Shown here piece after piece: positions 51,275 through 63,888 of a stretch of 64,000 nt of DNA (positions are counted from its first letter, which is position 1; each line of letters opens with the position of its first letter). The DNA is from Octopus sinensis (lineage: Eukaryota), in assembly GCF_006345805.1 (NCBI RefSeq), contig NC_043024.1, positions 15,500,001-15,564,000 on the forward strand, given 5' to 3'. The translations under genes were made by a program, and so were the position numbers. The notes beneath the pieces are model-generated. The model saw nothing but the letters and a program-made list of their open reading frames with translations. It was not told the origin of the DNA and did no database searches.

Positions 51275-51420
51275 GCAAAAACTGTCCGATGAACGCCAAC
51301 GGGAAACTCAGAGTAACAGGTTTTGTTGAATTTTCTGCTGCTTTAAATAAAGCATAATACTCCACTGGTATTTGAGTACTCTTTTTTCCACCTTGTTTCA
51401 CATTTATGTGTTTACTCCGG
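51275..51420 (+). mobile_element. Penelope-like pseudo-LTR fragment embedded in (TA)n
   Basis: Hammerhead followed by AATAAA, bounded by TA microsatellite on both sides. Confidence 0.6.
51277..51324 (+). ncRNA. Type I minimal hammerhead ribozyme motif (Penelope-type), core CCGAUGA
   Basis: Stem I ctgt/acag (plus aaaa/tttt); core CCGATGA; stem II cg-ccaa-cg with a mismatched closing pair; GAA; stem III ACtc-a-gaGT; triplet GUA. AATAAA follows about 30 nt downstream, as in PLE pseudo-LTRs. Confidence 0.7.
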
Positions 51421-51442
<22 letters not shown>

Positions 51443-51451
<9 letters not shown>

Positions 51452-51504
51452 TATTTAGTTTCAGCTCACAAGCTGTGGCCATGCTGGGGCACCGCCATTA
51501 GAAG
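51443..51504 (-). mobile_element. Retroelement 3' tail plus poly(A), fused downstream of the U6 fragment
   Basis: Minus strand aatggcggtgccccagcatggccacagcttgtgagctgaaactaaat(A)10 shares the ggcggtgc(t/c)ccagcatggcc...ctgaaac tail of SINE family A. Confidence 0.75.
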
Positions 51505-51547
51505 ATATGGAACGCTTCACGAATTTGCGTGTCAACCTTGCGTAGGG
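51505..51547 (-). pseudogene. RNU6: U6 snRNA 3'-half retrocopy (about nt 61-103)
   Basis: Minus strand CCCTACGCAAGGTTGACACGCAAATTCGTGAAGCGTTCCATAT matches the conserved U6 3' region CCCTGCGCAAGGATGACACGCAAATTCGTGAAGCGTTCCATAT at 41/43 nt. Confidence 0.92.
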
Positions 51548-51572
51548 ATTTATTTATATATATATATAAATT

Positions 51573-51731
51573 AGAGAAAACCACTATTATGCAACTCAAA
51601 CATTGATAGACATAAACCAATACATAAATAACCAATATATATATATAAATTTTTTTAATATATATATTGGTTATTTATGTATTGGTTTATGTCTATCACA
51701 GTTTGAGTTACATAATAGTGGTTTTATCTCT
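51573..51731. repeat. Near-perfect inverted repeat (about 73-bp arms, ~12-nt AT spacer)
   Basis: agagaaaaccactattatgcaactcaaacattgatagacataaaccaatacataaataaccaatatatat is the reverse complement of atatatattggttatttatgtattggtttatgtctatcacagtttgagttacataatagtggttttatctct, with few mismatches. Confidence 0.9.
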
Positions 51732-52509
51732 TATTTATATTTTATATATTTATATTGTGAAATTTGATTTAATACTAAATTGAATTTTTCCCTGTAAGTT
51801 TGGAGTTATACTCCCTAATATTATTATTATCATATATATATATATATATATATAATATATATATATATACACACACACATCTATTTATTATTTATATGTG
51901 CACACATAAACACTTCTTACATCATATACATATATTATACACACATATTTATACACACACATATGTACACACACACATATGGCACTGTTACAACGATGAA
52001 GGTTCCAGTTAAAGCTTCCAGTACATGAAATTAACATGCAAGTGGCTGAGCACTCCACAGACATGCATCCTCTTAATGGAGTTTTCAGGGAAATTTAGTG
52101 TGACATGGCTGGCTTTTTTGAATAACAGCTACAGCTCAGTTTTGCCAGCTGAATGGACAGAAGCAATGTGAAATAAAGTGACTTGCTCAAGGCCACAATA
52201 CTTTGCCAAGAATTGAACTCAGGAGTTTTCTGTCAAACCCTTCCCGCAGCTATAATGCTAAGTGTTAAGCTACAGCATTCATGCAGTGAAGTCAAACTCA
52301 TAACCTCACAATTCCACTGCAAACTTATTAAAAACACAGCATAAAATAAATAAACAAATGAATGAATAAATAAAAATAAAATAAAATAAATAATAACACC
52401 AGGTATTCAGAAGTTTATTGAGTGTGTCTGTGTGTCACAGCTGTTCACAAAAAATCCTTAAGCACATAATTACTGGTCCAGCTGTGCCAGCAATAGTGAC
52501 GCTAGATAT

Positions 52510-52912
52510 CTCTTTTACTCTCTTTTACTTGTTTCAGTCATTTGACTGCGGCCATGCTGGAGCACCGCCTTTAGTCGAGCAAATTGACCCCGGGACTTAT
52601 TCTTTGTAAGCCCAGTACTTATTCAATCAGTCTCTTTTGCCGAACCGCTAAGTGACAGGGACGTAAAAACACCAGCATCGGTTGTCAAGCGATGCTAGGA
52701 GGACAAACACAGACACACCACACACACACACATATATATATATACACGACGGGCTTCTTTCAGTTTCCGTCTACGAAATCCACTCACAAGGCTTTAGTCG
52801 GCCCGGGGCTATAGCAGAAGACACTTGCCCAAGGAGCCACACAGTGGGACTGAACCCGGAACCATGTGGTTGGTAAGCAAGCTACTTACCACACAGCCAC
52901 TCCTGCGCCTAT
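52510..52912 (-). mobile_element. SINE family A, young copy
   Basis: Reverse-complement full match. Confidence 0.88.
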
Positions 52913-52924
52913 GGTTGTTATATT

Positions 52925-54091
52925 GGTTTCAAATTTTGGCACACAGTCAGCAATTTCAGGGGAAGGGGTAAATCAATTACATTGACTCCAGTATTTAACT
53001 GGTACTTATTTTATCAACCTTGAAAAGATGAAAAAAGCCAAAGTCGACCACAGCATGATTTGAACTCAGAATGTAAGGTCAGATGAAATGCTGTTAAGCG
53101 TTTTGCCCGGCATGCTAACAATTCTGCCAGCTTGCCGCTCTGATAATAATAATAATAATCCTTTCTATTGAAGGCACAAAGCCTTGAAATTTTGAGGAGG
53201 GGACTAGTCGGTTATATCAACCCCTGTGATTCACTGGTACTTAATTTACTGATCCCAAGAGGATGAAAGGCAAAGTCAACCTCAGCAGAATTTGAACTCA
53301 GAACATAGCAACAGGTGAAATACTACTAAGAATTTCATCCAGTGTGATAACAATTCTGCCAGCTTACCACCTATAATAATAATGGGCTACAGCAAATATT
53401 CTGCTCAATACCACAGATTTGCTTGTCAGTTGTTTGACCGTAACCAGTTGAGCATGTCCCTTAGTGGCTGACGATATGTGCATCTCTGATCACGAGCAGA
53501 AGTAGTGGGGGAGCATCATAGCCATGTGTTGAGAGGGATTCTTTGGTGTTTGAATGATTCACCTCTGGAAACATGGGTGTTTCATTCAACATCCTTAAAT
53601 AACCCTTAATCAGGGACCTTTTGAGCAGGATGGGGTAGTACTCGACCTGAAGAAAATTCTAACTGGGCCCCACCCGCAAGGTCATGCGCTGTTTATCTTG
53701 ATATGAGATCACCATGTCGCGCACATATGGTTGTGATGCATGTGCCTAGTGTACCCTTATCAGACGGGTAGTCATGATGGGTATACTGGGCTTCGTATAT
53801 TTTACCCCAGTGTCACTTTGATGGCATGCACTGCTCTCTCACTCAATAATAATAATAATAATAATAATCCTTTCTACTATAAGCACAAGGTCCGAAATTT
53901 TGAGGGAAGAGAGTAGTCAATTTCATTGACCCCAGTATTTCACTGGTACTTAATTTATCAACCTTGAAAAGATGAAAGGCAAAGTTGACCTCAGTGGAAT
54001 TTGAAGTCAGAACATAGCAATGAATGAAATACTGTTAAGCATTTCATCCCACATGCTAATGTCTCTGCCAGCTTGCCACCCTAATAATAAC

Positions 54092-54131
<40 letters not shown>

Positions 54132-54979
54132 TCAAATTCTGGCACAAGGCCAACAAGTTCTGGAGATGGAGTAAGTTGATTATATTGGCCCCAGTGATGA
54201 CAGGCAAAGTCAACCTCGGAGGAATTTGAACTCAGAACGTGAAGACAGACAAAATACTGTTAAGCCTTTCACTCTGTCTGCTAGCAATTCTACCAGCTGA
54301 CTGCCTTGAAATATGGTAATCATATTAAAATGTATTGGAAAGGTTAATGAAACATGGTTTACATATAGTATCTTTTAATGCAGATATTTTACTTGTTTTG
54401 GTCATTAAATTGTTGTTATGTTAGGGTACCATGTTGAAGGGCCATAGAAATTGACACTTGTCCAAATGACTGACATGCACTGGGATTGAAAGCTGGAGCC
54501 ATATGCTTGTGAAACAAACATCTTAAACCACACAACCACACCTAAACTAAAAACAAAGACTCAAAAACAAAGTAATGTCCCCAAACACCACAAGATATTT
54601 ACTCCGATGCTCTACTGATTCTGCCGCCATCATCCATGCGCCAATTCTTTATCATAACAACAGGAAAGACAAACAACAACAATAATAATAATAATAATAA
54701 CAATAATAACAATAATCCTTTCTATTAAAGGCACAAAGCCTGAAATTTGTGGGAAGGGGACAATTCGATTACATCGACCCCAGTCAGTGTTTCACTGGTA
54801 CTTAATTTATCGACCCCGAAATGATGAAAAGCAAAGCCAACTTCTGCAGAATTTGAACTCAGAACATAGCAACGGGCAAAATACTGCTAAGCATTTCATC
54901 CTACATGCTAACGATTCTGCCAGCTCATCATCTTAAAGCAATATCAATAATAATAGTAATAATAATAATAATAATAATA

Positions 54980-55010
<31 letters not shown>

Positions 55011-55460
55011 TCATAATAATAAAAAAAAATTTTTTTTAAATGAACGAACTAGTGAGTTTAGCTTAATGGCCTACCAATGTATACTATGAGTTTCTTTGCC
55101 CTAGGAGTCGGGAAGACACTCGGCAAGAAATGAAGCAAATTTGAAAGAAGAAGAAAAACCCATAAATAATAATAATAATGATAATAAGGCTTGAAAAGGG
55201 CACATAAATAAATAATAATAAAATTGATGATGAAGATGATGATGATGATGATGATAATTCATTCTATCATAAGCAAAGGGCCTGCAGTTTGGGGGACGGG
55301 GAAGAGTCGAATATATCAACCCCAGTGTTTCACTGGTACTTGATTCCCCGACCCTGAAAGGATGAAGGCGAAGATCGACCTCAGCAGAATTTGAACAGAT
55401 AAAATGCTACACATTCCCCCTGCCTGGCATGCTAATGATTGTGGCAGCTCGCTGTCTTAA
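52925..55460 (-). mobile_element. Extended same-orientation SINE-B cluster with (TAA)n spacers and a family-D copy (53384-53845, +)
   Basis: At least six minus-strand family B copies or fragments. Confidence 0.8.
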
Positions 55461-55699
55461 TAACGACAACAACAACAACAACAATAATAATAATTGTTGT
55501 TGTTGTTGTGTTTGGTGATATGTATATCATTTTTGTAGCCTGAGAAAAGCGTGAAGTTTGTTAGATGTATTGATTGCCTGGCGCTTTTCAACAGGGAAAA
55601 AAAAAATTGATTGTAATGTTTTACGAGACCAAGTTAGGTTCCTAAGTTAGGTATTGATCACCGATGAATGGTTAAGCAACAGACGAACGACACATTTGT

Positions 55700-56500
55700 T
55701 ATGTTCGGTAAATAGTGCTGCTGCTGCTGCTGCTACTACTGCTACTACTGCTGCTACTGCTGCTGATGATGGTGATGGTGGTGGTGGTGGTGACAATGAC
55801 GATTTTGCTGCAATACATTCTTATGTTAACTAATAAAGGACGGTTACAATATACACAGGCATATATACACACACACAGGTATACATACGCATGTGTATAC
55901 ACACATATACACATATATATATACACACTCACAAACACATATATATATATATATATACACACGCACACATATATATACACACACACATATACACACACAT
56001 ACACACACACACATATATATATACATACATACACACAAACACACAAGCATATAGAGAGACAGAAAAGCAGAAAGACAGTAAAAGACAGAGAGAGAGAGAG
56101 AGACAGACAGACAGAGAAAAAGAAGAGAGAAAAGAAAAGGAAAGAGAGTGATATGTATGTATTTAGTATGTGTATATATATATATATATATATATTATAC
56201 AGATGCATACATAAGGAGACACACACACAAAGATATATAGATATTTACATACATATACAGGCTAAAAGATGGTCACAACACACACACACACAAATACAGA
56301 TACATACATAGATAATTATATAGAATCAACAGACATATACATACATGTATCTACATTTATACACACACACACACAGACACAGTCTATATACACAATCTAA
56401 TAGGTTGACACAAACAGATAAATATACATATATATATATATATACATCATCATCATCATCATTTAGCGTCCGTTTTCCATGCTAGCATGGGTTGGACTAC

Positions 56501-56583
<83 letters not shown>

Positions 56584-57130
56584 GACAAATAGACATATAC
56601 ACAAATATAGGTATATAGACAGACATATGTATACATATAAATGCATATGTATATACATAAATATACATTCAGATAGACACACACACACACATACATAGAC
56701 AAATAGGACACAGGCATATATATATGTGAGTGTGTGTCTGTGTGTGCATGTGTGTGTCTATGTGTGCGTGTGTAACATAAGATTAAGCATAGACAGAAAT
56801 GTAAACACACACACACACACACAGAGGTAAATCAATAGTTATACTAGTATATACTTAAACAGATTTATATACATAAACATACATGCACAAACAGACAAAG
56901 GCAAATAGATAAAAACAGATATATATATATACTCACACATACACAGAGTCAAATAAACAAAGATAGGCACACACATGTTTACACACACAAATAGTCAAGG
57001 ACACAATACATGTGTAAATAAACACACACACACACCTAGATATATTTGCATATATATGTGTATATTTATATAACAAGAGACAGATATATAGACATATATA
57101 TGCTGCAAATGGCAAAAGATAAATATATAT
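55700..57130. repeat. Compound microsatellite region (CTG/CTA, CA, TA, GA)
   Basis: Simple repeats throughout. Confidence 0.9.
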
Positions 57131-58502
57131 AAATGGACATCATCATCATAGTTGTACTTTTGATTTTGATGCTGGCATAAGGTGAATGGGTTGCCATGGT
57201 TGGAATCAGCACTTATTCAATATGAGGGTCGGGGGTAGGTTACAGTTTGCCTAGAAGGGTTGGTGGACTGCATTGTTACATGCATTTCATTTCCATTGTG
57301 GCTTCTACAAGGGGACGCCTTTTCTAACACCAACCAAGGCTGGCAGGTCAGCTGAGGCGCCATGTGCTAGGGGATGTCATGGTGGGCATGACAAAGGCAA
57401 GGAAATTACCACAAATCAAATTTGATGACTGGCATCCATGCTAGTGGAGCGCTAGGAGCACCATCTGAACATGATCGTTGCCAGAGCAGCTAACTGGCTT
57501 CCATGCCGGTGACACGTAAAAAGCACCATTCAAGCATGATCGTTACTGGCACTTGTGCCGGTCGCACATGAAAAAACATTTGAGCGAGGTTATTGCCAGT
57601 GCCGCTGGACTGGCTCCTGAGAAGGTGGAACATAAAAGCACCCACTACACTCTCAGAGTGGTTGGCATTAGGAAGTGCATCCAGCTGTAGAAACTCTGCC
57701 AGATCAAGATTGGAGCCTGGTGCAGCCATCTGGCTCGCCAGTCCTCAGTCAAATTGTCCAACCCATACTAGCATGGAAAGCGGACCTTAAATGATGATGA
57801 TGATGTCAGCTTCCCAAAATTAAACTTGCCTGTGGCGCCAGCAACCCTAGGGCCAGCCCTGACATGAACCACTTTACAGAGTGTACTATGTGTATTTCCT
57901 TGTGGCACCAGCATTAGTGAGGTAGCCAGGTCTTTGAGGAGACTAAAATATCGTCATGATTTTGTGAAGATATTTTAGTCCAGTATGCTAATGATTCTGC
58001 CAGCTTACTGCATCAACAATGACCCTTTTACTATAAGCACAAGGCCCGAAATTTAGAGGGAAGGGGCTAATTGATTACATCACCTCCAGGGCTCAACTGG
58101 TACTTAATTTATCGACACTGAAAAGATGAAAGGCTAAGTCGACCTCAGCAGAATTTGAACTAAGAACATTAAGACGGACAAAATACTGCTAAGCAGTTTG
58201 CCTGGCATGCTAACAATTCTGCCAGCTTGCTGCCTTACAGCAACAACAACAACAACAACAGCAACAGCAACAGCAACAACAACAACAACAATAATAATTC
58301 TTTCTACTGGAAGCATAAGGCCTCAAATCTGGGGAGAGGGATAAAGTCGATTAGATCGACCCCAATATGCAAATGGTATTTAATTTATTGACCCCAAAGA
58401 GATGAAAGGCAAAGTCAGCGTCAGCAGAATTTAAACTCAGAACAGAAAAAATATCTCTAAGCATTTTGCCTGGTTTGCTAACGATTCTGCCAGTTCACCA
58501 TA

Positions 58503-58750
58503 TTCTTATAATTGGTGCATTGGGAAGAGTAAGTGAATATATATAGACAAATGGCTGAAGGAGATTGAAATAGAATGCCCAGTAGAGCTCCTACAGAAAG
58601 TTTGTCTCTTAGGAACAGCAAGGATTATCTGAAGGGTTCTTAGCACTTGAAAGACTGCAGAAAACTTGTTGATCCCTAAGGTTACAGTAAGTACCTTGCT
58701 ACCCACATTAATCCTGCAAGAAATAAGACCAAACCGGAGCCAAACCAAAA
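58503..58750 (+). mobile_element. R4/Dong-like LINE extreme 3' end
   Basis: ILIIGALGRV, frameshift, DKWLKEIEIECPVELLQKVCLLGTARII*RVLST* matches the VIGALG...LQK..LLGTARILRKVL C-terminus of RLE LINEs. A short 3' UTR ends at atgataataat. Confidence 0.8.
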
Positions 58751-59299
58751 TGATAATAATCCTTTCTTTTATAGGAACAAGGCCTGAAATTCTTGGGAGA
58801 GGGGGCCTAGTCTATTACATCAACCCCAGTGCTCAAGTGGTACTTATTTCATCAACCCCAGAAGGATGAAAGGTGAAGTCGACCTCAGTGGCATTTGAAC
58901 TCAGAACGTAAAGACAAGGCGAAATGCCACTTAGCATTTTACCCAGCATGCTAACGATTCTGCCAGCTCACCACCTTCCAAAATGATAATAACAACAGAT
59001 TAGTACTACAGTGAAAGTACAAAAAGCATTTCAGGTATTCCCCAATTGAGGACTCATGGGTCAAAGAAATACACACAATCACATCTACATATGAACAGTA
59101 TTGAAACAGATACAGGCACATTAAAGTGAAATGCACATCTGTAGCACAAGTGCAAGTAGATGCACATATGCATCTATGTAAATATTACAAAGTAAGTTAC
59201 TCATATATCCACAAATACCAAGAACTATCTTCAAATAAAAAGGCCTCGTTGCTCTTAGGGATCTACTCCACAAAGAAAATACTTCAATCTCAAAGAAAA

Positions 59300-59750
59300 G
59301 TACTTCAGTATATACATACATACATACATGCAGTGGCACATACATACATGTGCATATATATATATATATATATGCACATACATACATGTGCATATTATAT
59401 ATATATATGCACATACATACATGTGCATATATATATATATATACATTCTCCCATCCATGTATACATACATACCATACACATACATGTGTGCATCCATCCA
59501 TCCATCCATACATACAGACACATACATGCATACACACATACAGATATACACACATTCAGATACATATGTACACACACACAAACATACACACATTCACATA
59601 CACATGTACACAGACACACACACACATTCACACATGTACAGATAAACTCACACATACACATATGTACACATACATGCACACATGTACAGACACACATGTT
59701 CACACACATACATGCATACACACACACACACACACATACATACATAATGC
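59300..59750. repeat. (CA/TA) compound microsatellite
   Basis: Simple repeats. Confidence 0.9.
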
Positions 59751-61644
59751 AGTATCTATTGTAGTGAAATAGTGGTTATATTAATGAAATAGCAGTTGTA
59801 CTAGTGAACTAATAGTTATAGCAGTAGTAGTGATATAGTAGCTAGTGTAAGGGAAGATTAGTTCTGTGTTGAAAAGAAAAAAAGACAAATTTAATATATA
59901 TATATATATATAATGAAATGAATAACAAAGAAAATGTAAAACAAAAAGATCGGATTGAAGACAAAAAACTACAGAACAAAGCAGGCACCTACATGTCTAG
60001 TGATTAATCGGTAGAGAGCATGTGAGAACTACTTGATAATTTGTGAAAGATCGAAGACTAGAGCTCTAGATAGTATTATTATAATTAGTATTATTATTAC
60101 TATTATTACTATTATTATTATTATCATTATTATTATTATTATTATTACTATTGTTACTGGCTGTGAATGGTCAGGTTTCACACTGCTTCACATAGTATAT
60201 ATCTTATTTCAAGAGTGTTGTGCATAAAAGAAATGTTTTGGAGACTTGTTTTATCTCCAAGGGTTTTATATTTTTTCGAAAGTCTACCCCTGTTACATAA
60301 AGAAAAAGGTGAGGTTTGTCATTAGACTGTTTAAACAAACAGCTTTGATAAGCAGCCATTTGCAATAATTACATGTGTTTTAAGATGGCCGCTTGAACGG
60401 TGTCAGGAAGAGATGCTGGCCACAGTGATCAAAGCTGTGACATAGCATGGGTCTTAGTTGCCCTATGTAGTAGCTAAATTTACCTCTGCTTCCCATACAC
60501 ATGTTACCGTCATCATCATCGTTTAACGTCCGTTTTCCATGCTAGCATGGGTTGGACGGTTTGAGAAGCCAGGAGGCTGCACCAGGCTCCAGTCTGATTT
60601 GGCAGTGTTTCTACAGCTGGATGCCCTTCCAAACGCCGACCACTCCATGAGGCTGGCAACGGCCACAATTGGTTGGTGCTTTTTACGTGCCACCTGTACG
60701 GACGCCAGTCAAGGCGGCACTGGCATCGGCCACATTCAGATGGTGCTTTTTACATACCACCGGCATGGGTACCACAACTACAATTTCCATTTGGTTTTTA
60801 TTTTGATGTTGATGTACTTGACTCAAGAGGTCTCTTCAAGCACAGCAGGTTGCCCTACGATCCAAGGTAAGCACAGCAAAATACTTTGTTGTTACCATAA
60901 ATTTGAAATATACTGCCTTTGTCTTAAATTTTAAAATGAAGAAGAGTTTAGTAAAATAACTGTCATTATTAAGCTAGTCCAAAGCAGTGATTACTAGTTG
61001 AGCACAGGGGACGATGTAATTGATTATCTGCTCCCTACAAAATTTCAGGCCTTTTGCTTATAAATAGAATCATTAACATGCTGGATAAAATGCTTAGCAG
61101 CATTTCATCTGTCTTCGTGCTCTGTGTTCAAATTCTGCTGAGATCAATTTAGCCATTCCTCTTTTCAGGGTTGATAAATTAAGTACCAGCTGAGTACTGG
61201 GGATCAATGTAATCAACTTATCCCCTCCCCTGAAACTTCTGGCCTTGGGTAGAACTGTTAACATGCCACACAAAATGCTTACCAACAGTTCTTGCATCCA
61301 GGTTTACGTTCTGAGTTCAAATCCTACCAAGGGCAACTTTGTTTTTCATCATTTCAGGGTGAATAAACAAATTATCAGTTGAGCACTGGGGAGAATGCAA
61401 CAGATTATCTGCTCCCCACAAAATTTAAGGCCTTGTGCTTATGGTAGAAAGAATTAAACAAATATTTGTAACAAATTTAGTTGAAATTTTAATGAAAGGC
61501 TTTAATTTAAATCACTTTCACCATTTTGTTAGCATATTTCTGTTCAAATAAACTGATTGTGTTTTCAATTAATTTGGAAAATAAAAAAGTAAATAACTGT
61601 GATATTAAGCTGGTTGTTGGAACATAAATTAACATAAAATTTTA

Positions 61645-62023
61645 AGGAGAGGCTGTGTGGTAAGTAGCTTGCTTACCAACCACATGGTTCCGGGTTTGGT
61701 CCCACTGCGTGGCACTTTGAGCAAGTGTCTTCTACTATAGCCTCGGGCCGACCAAAGCCTTGTGAGTGGATTTGGTAGATGGAAACTGAAAGAAGCCTGT
61801 CATATATATGTATATATGTGTGTGTCTGTGTTTGTCCCCCAACATGGCTTGACGGCCGATGTTGGTGTGTTTACGTTCATGTAACTTAGTGGTTCGGGAA
61901 AAGAGACCGATAGAATAAGTACTAGGCTTACAAAGAATAAGTCCTGGGATCGATTTGCTTGACTGAAGGTGGTGCTCCAGCATGGCTGCAGTCAAATGAC
62001 TGAAACAAGTTAAAGAGTAAAAG
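61645..62023 (+). mobile_element. SINE family A
   Basis: Full match. Confidence 0.85.
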
Positions 62024-62184
62024 TTGAAATTTAGATCACTTTCAAAGAGAAAGTTTATATCATAGAACCAAAAGCTTCTACAACAAAACTTTTGCTACAC
62101 TCTCAGTTACCAAATTGGGTTGCAGTGACAAGCATTGCAAGATGGCCCCTGGAAGTCTTATGTCAGAGTATATTTCCCCTAGAA

Positions 62185-62484
62185 CAGTGCTTCTCAAACT
62201 ATCTAATGTGGCATACTGACAGTTTTTTTGTTTTTTTTTCTAATGTACCAGGCATCGGTAATATTTCTTAGTAATTTAAATTCATACTGGAAACAATATA
62301 TATATATGATGAATATAATAAAAGTTGACAATTTTTTAAATCTTATATTTATTTTGTAAACAAATAATACAATATTTTATAAGCATTTTATAATGTTTCT
62401 TTCTTTTCTAGAAACTGGCCACATACTGGCAGCTGATGGCTCATGAACCGGCACTGGTCTGCAGACCACCACTGAGTAGTACTG
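62185..62484. mobile_element. hAT MITE (300 bp)
   Basis: Imperfect TIRs cagtgcttctca / tgagtagtactg and a perfect 8-bp TSD ccctagaa (62177-62184 and 62485-62492). Confidence 0.85.
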
Positions 62485-62815
62485 CCCTAGAAGACCTGCC
62501 TACCCTGCCCAGCTTTGTCAAAAACAAGGGGAGCCACTTCTACCCCAGGGAAATCTGTTTAACATATAGATGGCATCCTAACAGGTACTAACATTTTGGG
62601 TCGGAACAGGCCTTGGTGTAATGGTAATCAAAGGGTGACTCCATACTCCCCACAACTCCAGAACTTCCTAATTGGAGCCTCACCTCTGAATACAGTTTAA
62701 TATCATATCCAGGACAAATTATTTATACCAAAGACATGACCCTGACAGGTACTGCCATTTTAGGTCAGAACAGACCTGTAAATAAGAGTAATTAAGGGCT
62801 GACTGAAGGTGCATG

Positions 62816-63092
62816 CTCTCTTTTGCTGAACTGCTAAGTTACAGAGACGTAAACACACCAGCATCGGTTGTCAAGCAATGTTGGAGGGACAAACACTGAC
62901 ATACAAACATATATATATACATATATACGATGGGCTTCTTTTAGTTTCCGCCTACCAAATCCACTCACAAGGCTTAGGTCGGCCCGAGACTAAAATAGAA
63001 GACACTTGCCCCAGGTGCCACACAGTGGGACTGAACCCGGAACCAAGTGGTTTGTAAGCAAGCTACTTACCACACAGCCACTCCTACGCCTA
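62816..63092 (-). mobile_element. SINE family A (tail truncated)
   Basis: Reverse-complement match. Confidence 0.82.
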
Positions 63093-63650
63093 CCATTTCT
63101 TTTTCTTTCTTGTGTTGAATAGGTAAAAGCCAGTGTTCTTGCTGTTGCAAGTAAACACCATCACCACCACCACCACCACCACCACCACCACCACCATCAC
63201 CACCACCACCACCACCACTACTACCAAGTTATAGTCACTGACTACCACTAAGTAGGTAGACAGGTGTAGAAACTGACTCACTACCAAATCTCAGTGAATT
63301 TACAGAGCAACATATGATGGGTTTAGATGGAGGATGTGGAAACAGCAGAAACAGCAGCAACAACAACAACACTAACAATGACAGGAACAACAGTGAGCCT
63401 ACATCTACATGGTTGCTAGTGATGCTAGACATAGCAGCCAAATCACCCTCAATTTCCACATTACTGTCTAAGTCAGTGTTTCTTGACCGGTTTTTGATCT
63501 ACAGATTACTTGTGATTCTTATTTTACTTGGATGGAACCTCAACGCCATTTAATGATGTGGCTGTATCATAAGAAGCTTACTTCCCAAACACATGGTTCC
63601 AGGTTCAGTCCCACTGCGTGGCACCTAGATAACCGTTTCCAAATATTTAT

Positions 63651-63841
63651 TAGGTGTAGGAGTGGCTGTGTGGTAAGTAGCTTGTTTACAAACCACATGG
63701 TTCCGGGTTCAGTCCCACTGCGTGGCACCTTGGGCAAGTGTCTTCTACTATAGCCTCGGGCCAACCAAGGCCTTATGAGTGAATTTGGTAGATGGAAACT
63801 GAAAAAAGCCTGTTGCATGTGTGCGTGTGAGTGTGGGTATG

Positions 63842-63888
<47 letters not shown>

